A stretch of DNA of 64,000 nt from Clostridia bacterium (GTDB taxonomy: Bacteria > Bacillota > Clostridia > TANB77 > CAG-508): positions 190,732 through 254,731 of the forward strand of contig JAZUKI010000003.1 in the NCBI GenBank assembly GCA_045643205.1, written 5' to 3'. Under the pieces are notes generated by a model. That model ran no database searches, was not told the DNA's origin, and saw nothing but the letters and a program-made list of their open reading frames with translations. Below are positions 7,737 through 18,074 of this stretch, one piece after another; positions within the stretch are counted from its first letter, which is position 1; every line of letters begins with the position of its first letter. The translations under genes were made by a program, and so were the position numbers.

Positions 7737-8465
7737 ATGAAAGAAGAAGCATGCGGTTTGCATTGCACAAAAATTAAAGACATGACAGTCGTTATAGAAG
7801 GAAAGAAAATAGTTGATGATGTTAGCTTACATATTCATTGTGGCCAATTAACAATGATCATTGGAAAAAACGGAGCAGGAAAATCAACTTTATTAAAAGC
7901 AATTCTTAACGAAATTAAGCACACAGGAACTGTGGAATTTGTGGATTTAAAAGAGAAACAACAAAAAAACATCAAGATTGGATATGTTCCACAACAACTA
8001 AATGTAGAACGCGACATGCCAACAACAGTTTATGATATGTTTGCATCATACATTTCAAACAGTCCAGTTTGTTTTAGAAAAAATAAAAAATTATATGAAA
8101 AGATAAAAGAAAACTTATCACACTTTGATGCTGATAAATTAATTGATAAAAGAGTTGGAAACTTATCTGGAGGAGAACTTCAAAGAGTTTTATTAGCAAT
8201 TGCAACAACACCAATTCCTAACTTATTAATTTTAGATGAACCAGTTTCAGGAATAGATGTAAACGGAATAAAAGATTTCTATGAAATTCTAGTTAAACTT
8301 AAGGATGAGTATGACATGTCGATTGTGCTTGTTTCACACGATTTGAATCTAGTTAGAAAGTTTGCTGACAAAGTAATTTTGTTAGATAAAAAAGTTTTAA
8401 AAGAAGGAAAACCAGAAGAAGTTTTTGAAAGCGAAGAATTTAAAAATATTTTTGGAAACATGTAA
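7737..8465 (+). CDS. znuC: Metal ABC transporter ATP-binding protein
   Basis: GKNGAGKS, IGYVPQ, LSGGELQR, LILDEP and SHD motifs. Confidence 0.9.
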   Translation: MKEEACGLHCTKIKDMTVVIEGKKIVDDVSLHIHCGQLTMIIGKNGAGKSTLLKAILNEIKHTGTVEFVDLKEKQQKNIKIGYVPQQLNVERDMPTTVYDMFASYISNSPVCFRKNKKLYEKIKENLSHFDADKLIDKRVGNLSGGELQRVLLAIATTPIPNLLILDEPVSGIDVNGIKDFYEILVKLKDEYDMSIVLVSHDLNLVRKFADKVILLDKKVLKEGKPEEVFESEEFKNIFGNM

Positions 8466-8477
8466 AGGAGAGAAAAA

Positions 8478-9317
8478 ATGGATGTAATTTATAATGTTCT
8501 TGAAACAATAATGCCGTTTGAATTTATGACATTCACATTTATGAAAAACGCATTTCTAGCAATCATTTTAGTTTCTCCAATTTTCGCAATATTAGGAACA
8601 ATGATTGTAAATAAAAAAATGGCTTTCTTTTCAGATGCACTAGGACATTCAGCATTGGCTGGAATTGCAATTGGAATGCTATTAGGAATAACAAATATAA
8701 ACATTTCAATGATAATTTTTGCAGTTGTTTTTGCACTATTATTAAATATTATAAAAAGCAAAACAACATATGGTGCTGATACAATTATTAGTGTGTTTTC
8801 ATCAATTGCAATTGCTTTGGGATTAGCAATACTTGCACAAAGCGGAGATTTTAACAAATATTCAAGTTATTTAATTGGCGATATTTTAAGTATCAATCAA
8901 AGTGAAATTTTATATTTAGTAATAGCATTTGTACTAGTACTAGTTTTCTGGATATTCATGTTCAACAAAATAAATGCAGTTACAATTAATCCAGCACTAG
9001 CAAAAACAAAGGGAATAAAGACAAAGGTAGTAGATAATATATTTGCAGTTGTAATCGCAATCATGGTTATGATTTCTATTAGATGGATTGGAATTTTATT
9101 AATTAATTCAATGATGATTCTTCCAGCTGCATCAAGTAGAAATGTTGCAAAGAATATGAGAAGTTACTATGCTTATGCAATTATATTTGGTTTAGTATCA
9201 GGAATTGCAGGACTAATAATTTCATACTTTATAAATATACCAACAGGCCCAATGATAGTAATTATACTTGGAATAATTTATTTCATTACATTTATTATTA
9301 AGAAAGTAAGAAATTAA
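8478..9317 (+). CDS. znuB: Metal ABC transporter permease
   Basis: FFSDALGHSALAG, YLIGDIL and PAA motifs of the ABC-3 family. Confidence 0.9.
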   Translation: MDVIYNVLETIMPFEFMTFTFMKNAFLAIILVSPIFAILGTMIVNKKMAFFSDALGHSALAGIAIGMLLGITNINISMIIFAVVFALLLNIIKSKTTYGADTIISVFSSIAIALGLAILAQSGDFNKYSSYLIGDILSINQSEILYLVIAFVLVLVFWIFMFNKINAVTINPALAKTKGIKTKVVDNIFAVVIAIMVMISIRWIGILLINSMMILPAASSRNVAKNMRSYYAYAIIFGLVSGIAGLIISYFINIPTGPMIVIILGIIYFITFIIKKVRN

Positions 9318-9431
9318 AAATTTGTTGTGATATAATCTTAACAAATAGTAAACTTGGGCAATTAGCTCAAATAATGTTAGTTTAGGCAAAATTTAAAAGA
9401 ACAATATAAACAAAAGAAAATGGAGGCACAT

Positions 9432-10250
9432 ATGAAAAATGTTGTAATAACAGGTAGTGCAAGAGGTTTTGGTTACGCAATGTTAAAATTGTTTCATCAA
9501 GATGGTTACAATGTAGTTATGATTGATATGAACGAGGAGGCACTTGAAAAATCAAAGGCGAAAATTAAATCAAGCGAAGGCGAAGGGAAAGTTTTAGCTT
9601 ACAAGTGCGACATCACAAATGCTGATGAAGTAAAAGTTTTAATTGATAATGTTGTAGAAACATTAGGCAGCATCGACATTTGGATTAACAATGCAGGAGT
9701 AAATCAAGAAATGGTTTCAATATGGGAACTTGATGTTGCCGACATAAATAGATTGATAGATATCGATTTAAAAGGAACAATTAATTGCTCAAATTTAGTT
9801 ATGAAACAAATGGAAAAGCAAAATGCAGGACAAATTTATAATGTTGAAGGATTTGGATCTGATGATGCAAAACAATTTGGACTTTCAATTTATGGAACTG
9901 CAAAACGTGCAGTAACATATTTTACGGAAGCACTTGCTTTTGAAGTTGATGAGAAAAAATTAAATATTCAAGTTGGAAAAATTACTCCGGGTATAATGAT
10001 TACAAATTTTATTAATCATTCTTTAGGAGATAAGAAAGAGATTGAATTAAGTGAAAAAGTAAAAATGGTTTATAACATTCTAGGAGATAGACCAGAAACA
10101 ATTGCAAAATTTATGGTTGAAAGGATAGAAAAAAATAAAAAGAACAATGCAAAGCTTACATGGCTAACAAAGGGAAGAGCATTTGGAAGATTTATGAAAG
10201 CTCCATTTAAGAAGAACAATTACTTTTTGGAAGCGGGCAAAGGCGAATAG
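9432..10250 (+). CDS. Short-chain dehydrogenase/reductase
   Basis: TGSARGFG, INNAG and YGTAK (YxxxK); GGAGG RBS supports the ATG at 9432. Confidence 0.9.
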   Translation: MKNVVITGSARGFGYAMLKLFHQDGYNVVMIDMNEEALEKSKAKIKSSEGEGKVLAYKCDITNADEVKVLIDNVVETLGSIDIWINNAGVNQEMVSIWELDVADINRLIDIDLKGTINCSNLVMKQMEKQNAGQIYNVEGFGSDDAKQFGLSIYGTAKRAVTYFTEALAFEVDEKKLNIQVGKITPGIMITNFINHSLGDKKEIELSEKVKMVYNILGDRPETIAKFMVERIEKNKKNNAKLTWLTKGRAFGRFMKAPFKKNNYFLEAGKGE

Positions 10251-10316
10251 AAATTTAAATATTGATAAAAGACAAATAGAATATAGCAAATCAAAAGTAA
10301 ATAAAAATAGAAATTT

Positions 10317-10345
10317 AAAAGCGTGGATTAGCTCCACGCTTTTTT
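10317..10345. terminator. Bidirectional terminator
   Basis: AAAAGCGTGGA-loop-TCCACGCTTTTT between convergent genes. Confidence 0.8.
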
Positions 10346-10354
10346 GTATGATTG

Positions 10355-11107
10355 TTATTCAATCAATGAATTTTCTCCAGTCTTATAATCTATTTTTACT
10401 CTAGGTTGCACATTGTAGCAGTATACATTAAAACAAATTGCCTTACCATTATCTTCAACAGACTTAGCCTCAATCTGCACCCCAGATGCTATGGGATTGT
10501 TTCCCTCATAATGAGGAGTAACACGATATAGCACATGATTATTACTTGATCTAACATAGTTGGCAACTTTGTTTTCAAAAGGCAACATTCCCTCTGTATT
10601 TAAGTAGCGAGTGCCAGTAATTAAATTTTTCTCATTTGCATTTTCACCAGTCAACTGATATCCAATTAAATGACAACGATTAAACAAATACTTTCCATCA
10701 ATAAAATCATACTTTGAAATTCTCCAACCAGAAGGCTTAATCATACCAATAGATTCACGTTCAGCAGTCGGCATTAAGTTCTTGCCAATATTAGCAAAAG
10801 CAACGCCACATCTTCCAAGAGAATCAAGTTCACTATATTTTTCAAAAGATTCAGTAGTCATCATCGAAGAATCAAAATTTGGAACATTATTATTTAATAT
10901 AACATAAGGTTTATCAGTATATGCTGGTATTAATTTTAAATCAAGAGTTGTTGCATAGTTAACTTTAGTAGCTTCATCGAAAGCATTATCTGCTTCAGAA
11001 GTCATGGAAGATGGGAAAAATTTCAAACAAATAAACATTACTAAGATTGCAATAACACATTCAAAAAATTGAGTTATTAAACTTCGTGTTGTACGCTTTC
11101 TAGCCAT
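10355..11107 (-). CDS. Membrane-anchored DNA/RNA non-specific endonuclease (EndA-like)
   Basis: LDSLGRCG, PSGW, NRCHLIGYQL, NLITGTRYLN and YNVQP; N-terminal TM helix. Confidence 0.88.
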   Translation of the reverse strand: MARKRTTRSLITQFFECVIAILVMFICLKFFPSSMTSEADNAFDEATKVNYATTLDLKLIPAYTDKPYVILNNNVPNFDSSMMTTESFEKYSELDSLGRCGVAFANIGKNLMPTAERESIGMIKPSGWRISKYDFIDGKYLFNRCHLIGYQLTGENANEKNLITGTRYLNTEGMLPFENKVANYVRSSNNHVLYRVTPHYEGNNPIASGVQIEAKSVEDNGKAICFNVYCYNVQPRVKIDYKTGENSLIE

Positions 11108-11275
11108 AAAATCTCCTTTGTAAAATTAAAAATCAAAGGAATTATACAAAACGAATAATTAAAATTCAACTAAAAACAAAATGTAGTAAAATTGTAGTGA
11201 TTTTGTAGAAATGTATTGACATGAAAAAATAAGGGTGTTATTATGTTTTTGAAATAAAATTCGGAGGTAATAAAA

Positions 11276-11602
11276 ATGGTAGATTTAAATGAATTACAAA
11301 AGCAAGTTTATCAAAACAAAGTAAACAAAGGATTTAATGTTACTGATTTAAAAGAAGAATTTTTATACTTATATGGAGAAGTTGGCGAAGCTTATGAAGC
11401 ATGGTTAAAAGGTAAAGAAGACGTAGGAGAAGAACTAGCAGACGTAGCAATCTTCACACTAGGAATTTCAGAAATTTTAGGAATAGATTTAGAAAAAGAA
11501 ATAATACACAAAATATATAAAAATGAAAAAAGAGAGTACAAAATAGTAAATGGAATTGGAATGAGAACAAAAGAATTTGAAGAAGAGGAAGAAAATAATT
11601 AG
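11276..11602 (+). CDS. MazG-like NTP pyrophosphohydrolase
   Basis: GEVGE...EELADV all-alpha NTP-PPase motif. Confidence 0.8.
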   Translation: MVDLNELQKQVYQNKVNKGFNVTDLKEEFLYLYGEVGEAYEAWLKGKEDVGEELADVAIFTLGISEILGIDLEKEIIHKIYKNEKREYKIVNGIGMRTKEFEEEEENN

Positions 11603-11725
11603 TAAGAAAATAAAAAATGGGGCAGGAGATGTGAAAAAAATGAGATTCGCTTCTCTTGCTTTTTTGTTGAAAAATAGGATTGGCTGGCATATAATTATAA
11701 GCAATATTAAATAGGGTGAATCATT

Positions 11726-11944
11726 ATGAGAATAATTGAAGTTAATTGTAAAAACTGTGGTCAACCAATACAATTTAAAAATGGAGAAAAATTTTCAACA
11801 TGTAAATATTGTCGTTCAAATTGGGCAATAGATGAATCAGATGAAATACACTCAGTTACAATAGACAATGCTGAAGATGCTGGATATAAATTTGAAAAAG
11901 GAAGAATGAAAGCTCAAGAAGAGGCAGAAAAGGAAGCAAAATAA
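11726..11944 (+). CDS. Small zinc-ribbon protein
   Basis: CKNCG...CKYC motif; RBS present. Confidence 0.6.
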   Translation: MRIIEVNCKNCGQPIQFKNGEKFSTCKYCRSNWAIDESDEIHSVTIDNAEDAGYKFEKGRMKAQEEAEKEAK

Positions 11945-12130
11945 ATTAAAGTAGTTGCTAATAGAATCATTTTTTATATGAAATCAATCATAAAAAAAGA
12001 AACCCTTTCGGGAGAAGAAAGCGGTTAGCTTTTCTTTTTAAATATTGTCACTTTGTTAAATACTCAGCAACAAAATGAAAACAAAAGAATTTGAAGATTA
12101 AAAGCTAAAACAATCAAAATTAAGAATTAA

Positions 12131-14572
12131 GTGAGGAATACAATGGATAATGATTCTGAATTAAAAGAAGATGAGATTGAATTTGATAAAAAAATTTCAC
12201 GTTATACATTTAGTGAAGATAAAGATTTTAGAATTTATAAACAATTAAGAGTTGAAGCAGGAGACAATCCTAGATTAATAGAAATACTTTGGAAAAAAAT
12301 TATTTTAAAATATTATTGTTCTCCTAGTTTTGTAATTGAAAATAGAGATGACGTTACTTTATTTAAAGAATTTTCTGAATTAATTAATGATGTTAGTAAA
12401 GATGGCTTTATGTATGGATTAAGTAGCAAAATACCATTAGAGGAACTTTTTGAAAAAATATCAGACATACCTGAAACAGCTGTAACAATATTTTCCTTGA
12501 TTTCTCCCAATACTACTATTGTTGAAAAATACAAAGAGTTTCAAGATAAATATATAGATAAATTATTTGAATTAGCTAAAGATACAAAAAACTCTAAAGA
12601 AAATTTGTGTAGAATGTGGAAATCAATATGTAGTGATGAATTAAAATTAGACAAGTTAAATGAAGTTTTAGCATATACAGGTATAGCAAACAGTCCTGAG
12701 ACAATGAGTAAAATACAACAAACAATACAGGTTAACAAAGATTTCTTATATATGATAACTCCTAAATTTTTAGATGCAAATTATATTAATAGCTTTTCTG
12801 TTGAACAATTAATATATATAGTTTCATTTCCTGAGTTCCAAAAAGACTTGGTAAAATTAGATAGTAATGAACTAGGAAATATGATGAAGTTAGTAAATGA
12901 AATATATCCCGAAAATGAAGAATGGAAGGAACCATTAAATAAAATATTACAAAATGTTAAAGATAAAAAGTTTGGAGATTTATTAAAAGGCAATGAATTA
13001 AGTTATGATAATGAATTAGTTAGTGTTTTATCAAATAAGAATTATTTTGAAATTTACAGAAAAGAAGATTTAGATAGTATAGATAACAAAAAGAAAGAGG
13101 CAACTTTATTAATAAAAAATGGAAATCAAAAACTTCTTTTAGAAAAATACCCGGAAATTGCTAGATTAGAATTAATAGAACAAATGAAATTAATGGCTTG
13201 TGAAAATATTCTTGGATTATCATTAGATGAGGCTAAAAACCTAGTATTAAAATATGGAGAAGATATAGATAATATTGGAAATGAATATAGCGAATTATTT
13301 TTAAAAAATTATGTTAATGCATTGAAAGCAATTATAAATGAAGATAAAAGTGAAAAATTAGCTAAATTACTTGATTATGGAATTACACCAAAAGAAAAAA
13401 TTAAAGATTCATATACGATTGAAAGCATGCTAAAATTTACATATGGGAAAAAATATGATGTGGCAAATGTAGATTTTAATTCCTTAAGGTCATGTAAAGT
13501 TAAAGGCTTAGAAGGAATTGAAGTACTTGATGCAGGAGTGGATTTTTCTATGATTATTTCTAGTGTTGGAGCATACAGAGTAAATGAAGATGAAAACTAT
13601 TATGATAGTTGGAATAGGCCTTCTTTAAGTTCTGATATTATTAGTACATCATTTATTAGAAATGATATGATGGGAAGAGCAAATTGCCCAAGACTATATT
13701 TTGGATTTAATAATATGAGTGCAAGTGCACTTGATTTATCTGGAAGTGCAGATTTGTTTTCAAAATCAGATAGTATTCAATCTAAGGCGGTGAGGGCATT
13801 AGCATTCTATACTCCTGATACTCAAATTGGTCAAACAGGTAGAAAAAAGTATTCTAATGGTCAAATTATCAGTGCTTATAACGAAATGGACTATAAGAGA
13901 ATTCAAGATGGAGAGAGAAAGCAACCTGATTATATTGTTGTTTTTGGAAGCTATGGTAATATTGATGAGAATCAAAGTGGACAAATGCTTATGGATGGTA
14001 ATAAATTACCTGATGTATCTGTTTCTAAAAAAGAAAGAGCTCAAAATATAAAAAAAGCAATATCTGATTTTGAAAGAGCAACAGGAAAAAAATTACCTGT
14101 TGTGTTCGTAGATTTAGGCAAAGTATATAGAAATGAAGAAAAGATAATAGGTCAATTAAGAGAAGAGTATAAAATTAATCCAAGTGAAGAAAACAAAAGA
14201 AAATTAATAAAAAGAATTAAAAATTTTAATTCTTATAAGCATTATAAATTACCAATTGAATTTTCAGAAGAAGAAATTGGGAAATTTGATAAAATTGAAG
14301 ATAATGTTTCTGACTTTGAATTGACTGATAAAACAATAGAAGATATTAAATTGTTTGATTTCGAAGAATTCAGACAAGAAAAGAATAATTATAGGATTAA
14401 AAGACTAGAAAAAATAAATTCTCAAGAAAATATTTCTAACAAAAAAATTAGCCTTAGAAAACTTATTCCTATTGCATCATCAAGAGATAATGCATATAGA
14501 ATAGGTAATAATCCATTTAAAGCAATTAGAGATTTTATAAAGCAAAGAAACTCAAATGATAAGGAAAGATGA
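12131..14572 (+). CDS. Large hypothetical protein; C-terminal domain possibly of ADP-ribosyltransferase-like fold
   Basis: 813-aa ORF; ISTSF and YNE motifs in the C-terminal half; ends ...NSNDKER. Confidence 0.55.
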   Translation: MRNTMDNDSELKEDEIEFDKKISRYTFSEDKDFRIYKQLRVEAGDNPRLIEILWKKIILKYYCSPSFVIENRDDVTLFKEFSELINDVSKDGFMYGLSSKIPLEELFEKISDIPETAVTIFSLISPNTTIVEKYKEFQDKYIDKLFELAKDTKNSKENLCRMWKSICSDELKLDKLNEVLAYTGIANSPETMSKIQQTIQVNKDFLYMITPKFLDANYINSFSVEQLIYIVSFPEFQKDLVKLDSNELGNMMKLVNEIYPENEEWKEPLNKILQNVKDKKFGDLLKGNELSYDNELVSVLSNKNYFEIYRKEDLDSIDNKKKEATLLIKNGNQKLLLEKYPEIARLELIEQMKLMACENILGLSLDEAKNLVLKYGEDIDNIGNEYSELFLKNYVNALKAIINEDKSEKLAKLLDYGITPKEKIKDSYTIESMLKFTYGKKYDVANVDFNSLRSCKVKGLEGIEVLDAGVDFSMIISSVGAYRVNEDENYYDSWNRPSLSSDIISTSFIRNDMMGRANCPRLYFGFNNMSASALDLSGSADLFSKSDSIQSKAVRALAFYTPDTQIGQTGRKKYSNGQIISAYNEMDYKRIQDGERKQPDYIVVFGSYGNIDENQSGQMLMDGNKLPDVSVSKKERAQNIKKAISDFERATGKKLPVVFVDLGKVYRNEEKIIGQLREEYKINPSEENKRKLIKRIKNFNSYKHYKLPIEFSEEEIGKFDKIEDNVSDFELTDKTIEDIKLFDFEEFRQEKNNYRIKRLEKINSQENISNKKISLRKLIPIASSRDNAYRIGNNPFKAIRDFIKQRNSNDKER

Positions 14573-15036
14573 TAGAAATTATGACATTAAGTAATTATTA
14601 TAGAAGGGCTATTACAGAAGTACTAGAAATTTTAAAAAATGTTGAAATTGATGAATATAATAAAATACCTCAAAAAATTATTACCTTTTTAGAAGAACAG
14701 AAAGATCCAAATTATATCTTTACTATAAAGCCGAATCAGAATTTTGAAGATCTTAAAATAATGGATGAAACTAAAGGCTTTTTAAGTTTAATTTATTATA
14801 GCTACTTATGTAATTCCGATGAGGAAAGAAAGTTATATTTACTAACTTTAAACCATAATGAAAAGAAATTCCAAGATGAATTAAGAAAACAATATGATTA
14901 TAATAAGCTTTTTAAGGATAAAACCGAAAAAAAAGAGAATTTAATAGTTGATAATACTACACAATTGGTTAAAGATAAAGAAAATTTTTTTATAAAATTT
15001 ATAAATTATATAAAAAAAATATTTAAAAGACACTAA
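14569..15036 (+). CDS. Hypothetical protein, translationally coupled to the upstream gene
   Basis: ATGA overlap with the stop of 12131..14572; amphipathic C-terminus FFIKFINYIKKIF. Confidence 0.7.
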   Translation: MIEIMTLSNYYRRAITEVLEILKNVEIDEYNKIPQKIITFLEEQKDPNYIFTIKPNQNFEDLKIMDETKGFLSLIYYSYLCNSDEERKLYLLTLNHNEKKFQDELRKQYDYNKLFKDKTEKKENLIVDNTTQLVKDKENFFIKFINYIKKIFKRH

Positions 15037-15199
15037 GATATTTTAGTAATAAATGTAAATTAAAGTAAAGGGTAAGTAATATTTAATTTACTCACCCTTT
15101 TACTGACTAACAATAGCGTTCTTTTTTTCTAAAGGTTTGTAAAAATCGATTAATTGACATATAATTACAGCCAAATAGAGTGATAGTGAAAGGAGCCAT

Positions 15200-16105
15200 A
15201 TGGAAAAGTCTAAAGTATATTTTACAAAAATAATTAGCGATGATGCAATTGTAAGAATTTATGATGAGATGATGAAAAATGAAAATATCCAATTAGAGGG
15301 AAATGTAGCAGTAAAGTTACACTCTGGAGAAAAAGGAAATCAAAATTATATTCATCCTGAGATGGTAAAGAAAATAGTTGAACATGTTAATGGTACAGTT
15401 GTTGAATGTAACACAGCATACGATGGAGCTAGAAATTCAACTAAAAAGCACAAAGAATTATTAGATGAACATGGATGGACAAAATATTTTACGGTAGATT
15501 TGATGGATGAGAATCCAGAAGAGGATATTGAATTAGAAATACCAAATGGAAAAGTTATAAAAAAAGATATAGTTGGAGCTCATTTATTAAATTATGATTC
15601 AATGCTTGTATTATCACATTTTAAAGGACATCCAATGGGTGGTTATGGTGGAGCATTAAAGCAATTATCAATTGGTTGTGCATCAACTGCTGGAAAAGCA
15701 TATATACATTCAGCAGGGGTAACAGAAGATCAATTTGAAGTATGGAGTAATCTACCTGAGCAAGATTTGTTTCTAGAATCAATGGCTGACTCTGCATCAT
15801 GTGTTACTAAACTTTTCAGAGAAAGAAAAGGAATAGTATTTATAAATATTATGATTAACATGAGTGTTGATTGTGATTGTTGTGAAAATGCTGAAGATCC
15901 ATGTATAAGAGATATTGGAATAATGGCATCAACTGATCCAGTGGCAATAGATCAAGCATGTATAGATATGATAGAGAATTCAGATGATCTAGGCAAAGAG
16001 CATTTTATGGAGAGAGTAAATTCATTAAATGGTAAACATACTATAGATACAGCATATGAATTAGGCACTGGAAATAAAGAATACGAGTTAATTAAGATAG
16101 AATAA
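15200..16105 (+). CDS. DUF362-domain putative Fe-S protein
   Basis: AVKLHSGE, SHFKGH..GYGGALKQL, DCDC and DPVAIDQAC motifs. Confidence 0.85.
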   Translation: MEKSKVYFTKIISDDAIVRIYDEMMKNENIQLEGNVAVKLHSGEKGNQNYIHPEMVKKIVEHVNGTVVECNTAYDGARNSTKKHKELLDEHGWTKYFTVDLMDENPEEDIELEIPNGKVIKKDIVGAHLLNYDSMLVLSHFKGHPMGGYGGALKQLSIGCASTAGKAYIHSAGVTEDQFEVWSNLPEQDLFLESMADSASCVTKLFRERKGIVFINIMINMSVDCDCCENAEDPCIRDIGIMASTDPVAIDQACIDMIENSDDLGKEHFMERVNSLNGKHTIDTAYELGTGNKEYELIKIE

Positions 16106-16142
16106 ACAAACATATTATTTAATTAATAGTTAGGAGTTTGCA

Positions 16143-16421
16143 ATGAGTACATTTGAATCTTTTATTTGGTGTATAATTATTATAGGATTTATGGCAAAAT
16201 GGAATAAAGGAAATGATGAATCGAAATATGGATCAAAAAGAAAAAAATATAAATCAAAGGATAATAAGTCAGAATATTCAGATGAAGAAATAGAAAAATA
16301 TAAAAAAATTTACGGTTTAGATGATGAAGAAGTAAGAGAGATAAAAAACGGAAATCATGATCCGTGGGACTTTGAAGAAACAGATGCAACAGAAGAAAGT
16401 GATTATTATAACAAGGATTAA
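16143..16421 (+). CDS. Small hypothetical membrane protein
   Basis: AGGAG RBS, N-terminal TM helix, acidic tail. Confidence 0.6.
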   Translation: MSTFESFIWCIIIIGFMAKWNKGNDESKYGSKRKKYKSKDNKSEYSDEEIEKYKKIYGLDDEEVREIKNGNHDPWDFEETDATEESDYYNKD

Positions 16422-16511
16422 AATTGAAAAAATTACATAAATATAATATAATTAATTTATTCAAATGGCATACATCATAGGAAAAATATTAATTTAGAGA
16501 GGTATAAATTT

Positions 16512-17939
16512 ATGAGTGGTGTTTATGAAAATAGAAAGACAATTCGAGATTTAAACAATTTAATTAGAATGTATAAGCCATTAAAAGATGTTGAATATTA
16601 TTTTGTTTTAGGATATCCAAGATCTGATATAGGAAAAGGAACTTTAGTAGCTCAATTATTAGCAAATGTAAAAGATTCAGATGCAATAAAATATGATGGG
16701 CTATTAAATACAAATGAAAATGGAAGACATACAGCAGTAGGACATGATGATTTCGGAGTATACGAAAAATTTAATGAAGGAAAAAGATGGGGAAGAGAAC
16801 ATTATTTATTAGGGGGAGAACTTTATAGAGATTTTATTAATAGTTATGGAGAAAATGAAAATCTTCAAATAAATCCTCATATGTCTTTATATGTTGAATA
16901 TGTGATACATAAAATGTGGAATGATATAGGAAAGCCTAAGAAATTATTTATAGAAGTAGGAGGACTAATTTCAGATCCTGAAGTTGATCCTATAATTACT
17001 CCAATAATACAAAGATTAACTTCTGAAGGTTTAGCAAAAGTAATATTACTTACTGAATCATCATATAATGGAGAATATATTAAATCTAAAATAGTCCAAG
17101 AAGGGGTAAATAAATTCTTAGAAAGAAGAATTGAGCCTTGGATAGTATTTGTAAGAGATGCAAAAGATATGGGAGAAATATCTACATCTCAAAGAATAGA
17201 GAATGAAAGAATTATAATGAACAAAATTATTGAAAACTTTAATTTTAATTTAAAATTATTAGTTTCAATTCCATACTTTGATGAATTAAAACAATATACA
17301 GAGTATATTAGAAAAAGATTTTGTCCAATTATTAATGAAGTTGATAAAAAGGAAATAGTTCTTGCAACTAAAAATGAATCAAAAATTGCGGATTATAAAT
17401 TATATCTAGGTGATGAATATAATATTAAAACAACAAAAGATTATGATTACGATATAGATATAGTAGAAGGAACAACTTCAGCAGAAGAAAATGCAATTGC
17501 AAAAGCAAGAGCATGGTGTAAAGTTACTGGAAAAATAACAATTGGAGATGATACAGGATTCTTTATACATGAACTAAATGGAGAGCCAGGAGTTGCAACA
17601 AGAAGATGGGGAGGACAACTTCCAGAAAATGCAACAAATGAAGATTTTTGGCAATTCTTAAAAATAAAGACAAAGAATTTAAAAGATTATACTTGTCATT
17701 TTGAACAAAATATAGCAATTGCTTATCCAAGTGGAAATGTTGAATTGATAAAATCAATTAATCAAGGTATTTTAAATAAAGAGAATCTAAAAAAAGAATA
17801 TAATGGAACAGGTTATCCACTAGGAGCAGTTTTTGAATCTTTAAATAGAAATAAAAATTGGGATGAAATGACGGATGAAGAGAAAAAAGAATTTGATAAA
17901 AATTTAATTAAAGAATTAAAAGAAAAATTATCAAAATAA
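16512..17939 (+). CDS. Fusion of a CTP-synthase N-terminal (amidoligase)-like domain and a Ham1/ITPase domain
   Basis: N-terminal SDIGKG, KYDG, DFGVYEKF, QINPH, IEVGGLISD and KSK parallel PyrG motifs; C-terminal LATKN..K, ENAIAKA and DDTG...LNGEPGV are Ham1 motifs. Confidence 0.8.
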   Translation: MSGVYENRKTIRDLNNLIRMYKPLKDVEYYFVLGYPRSDIGKGTLVAQLLANVKDSDAIKYDGLLNTNENGRHTAVGHDDFGVYEKFNEGKRWGREHYLLGGELYRDFINSYGENENLQINPHMSLYVEYVIHKMWNDIGKPKKLFIEVGGLISDPEVDPIITPIIQRLTSEGLAKVILLTESSYNGEYIKSKIVQEGVNKFLERRIEPWIVFVRDAKDMGEISTSQRIENERIIMNKIIENFNFNLKLLVSIPYFDELKQYTEYIRKRFCPIINEVDKKEIVLATKNESKIADYKLYLGDEYNIKTTKDYDYDIDIVEGTTSAEENAIAKARAWCKVTGKITIGDDTGFFIHELNGEPGVATRRWGGQLPENATNEDFWQFLKIKTKNLKDYTCHFEQNIAIAYPSGNVELIKSINQGILNKENLKKEYNGTGYPLGAVFESLNRNKNWDEMTDEEKKEFDKNLIKELKEKLSK

Positions 17940-18074
17940 TATGTGAAATATATTAATTATATTAATTATATATTTACTCAAAATTTATGACTATATTTTT
18001 GAGTTAGGCTGATTGAAGTATTAATGAGAATAATATGTTATACATTTAATAATCACAACAAAGGAGGAAATATC

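Noticed and set aside
7112-8857. Minus-strand ORFs within znuACB, and similar antisense ORFs throughout the window
   Set aside because: They overlap well-supported genes on the opposite strand and have no recognisable motifs.
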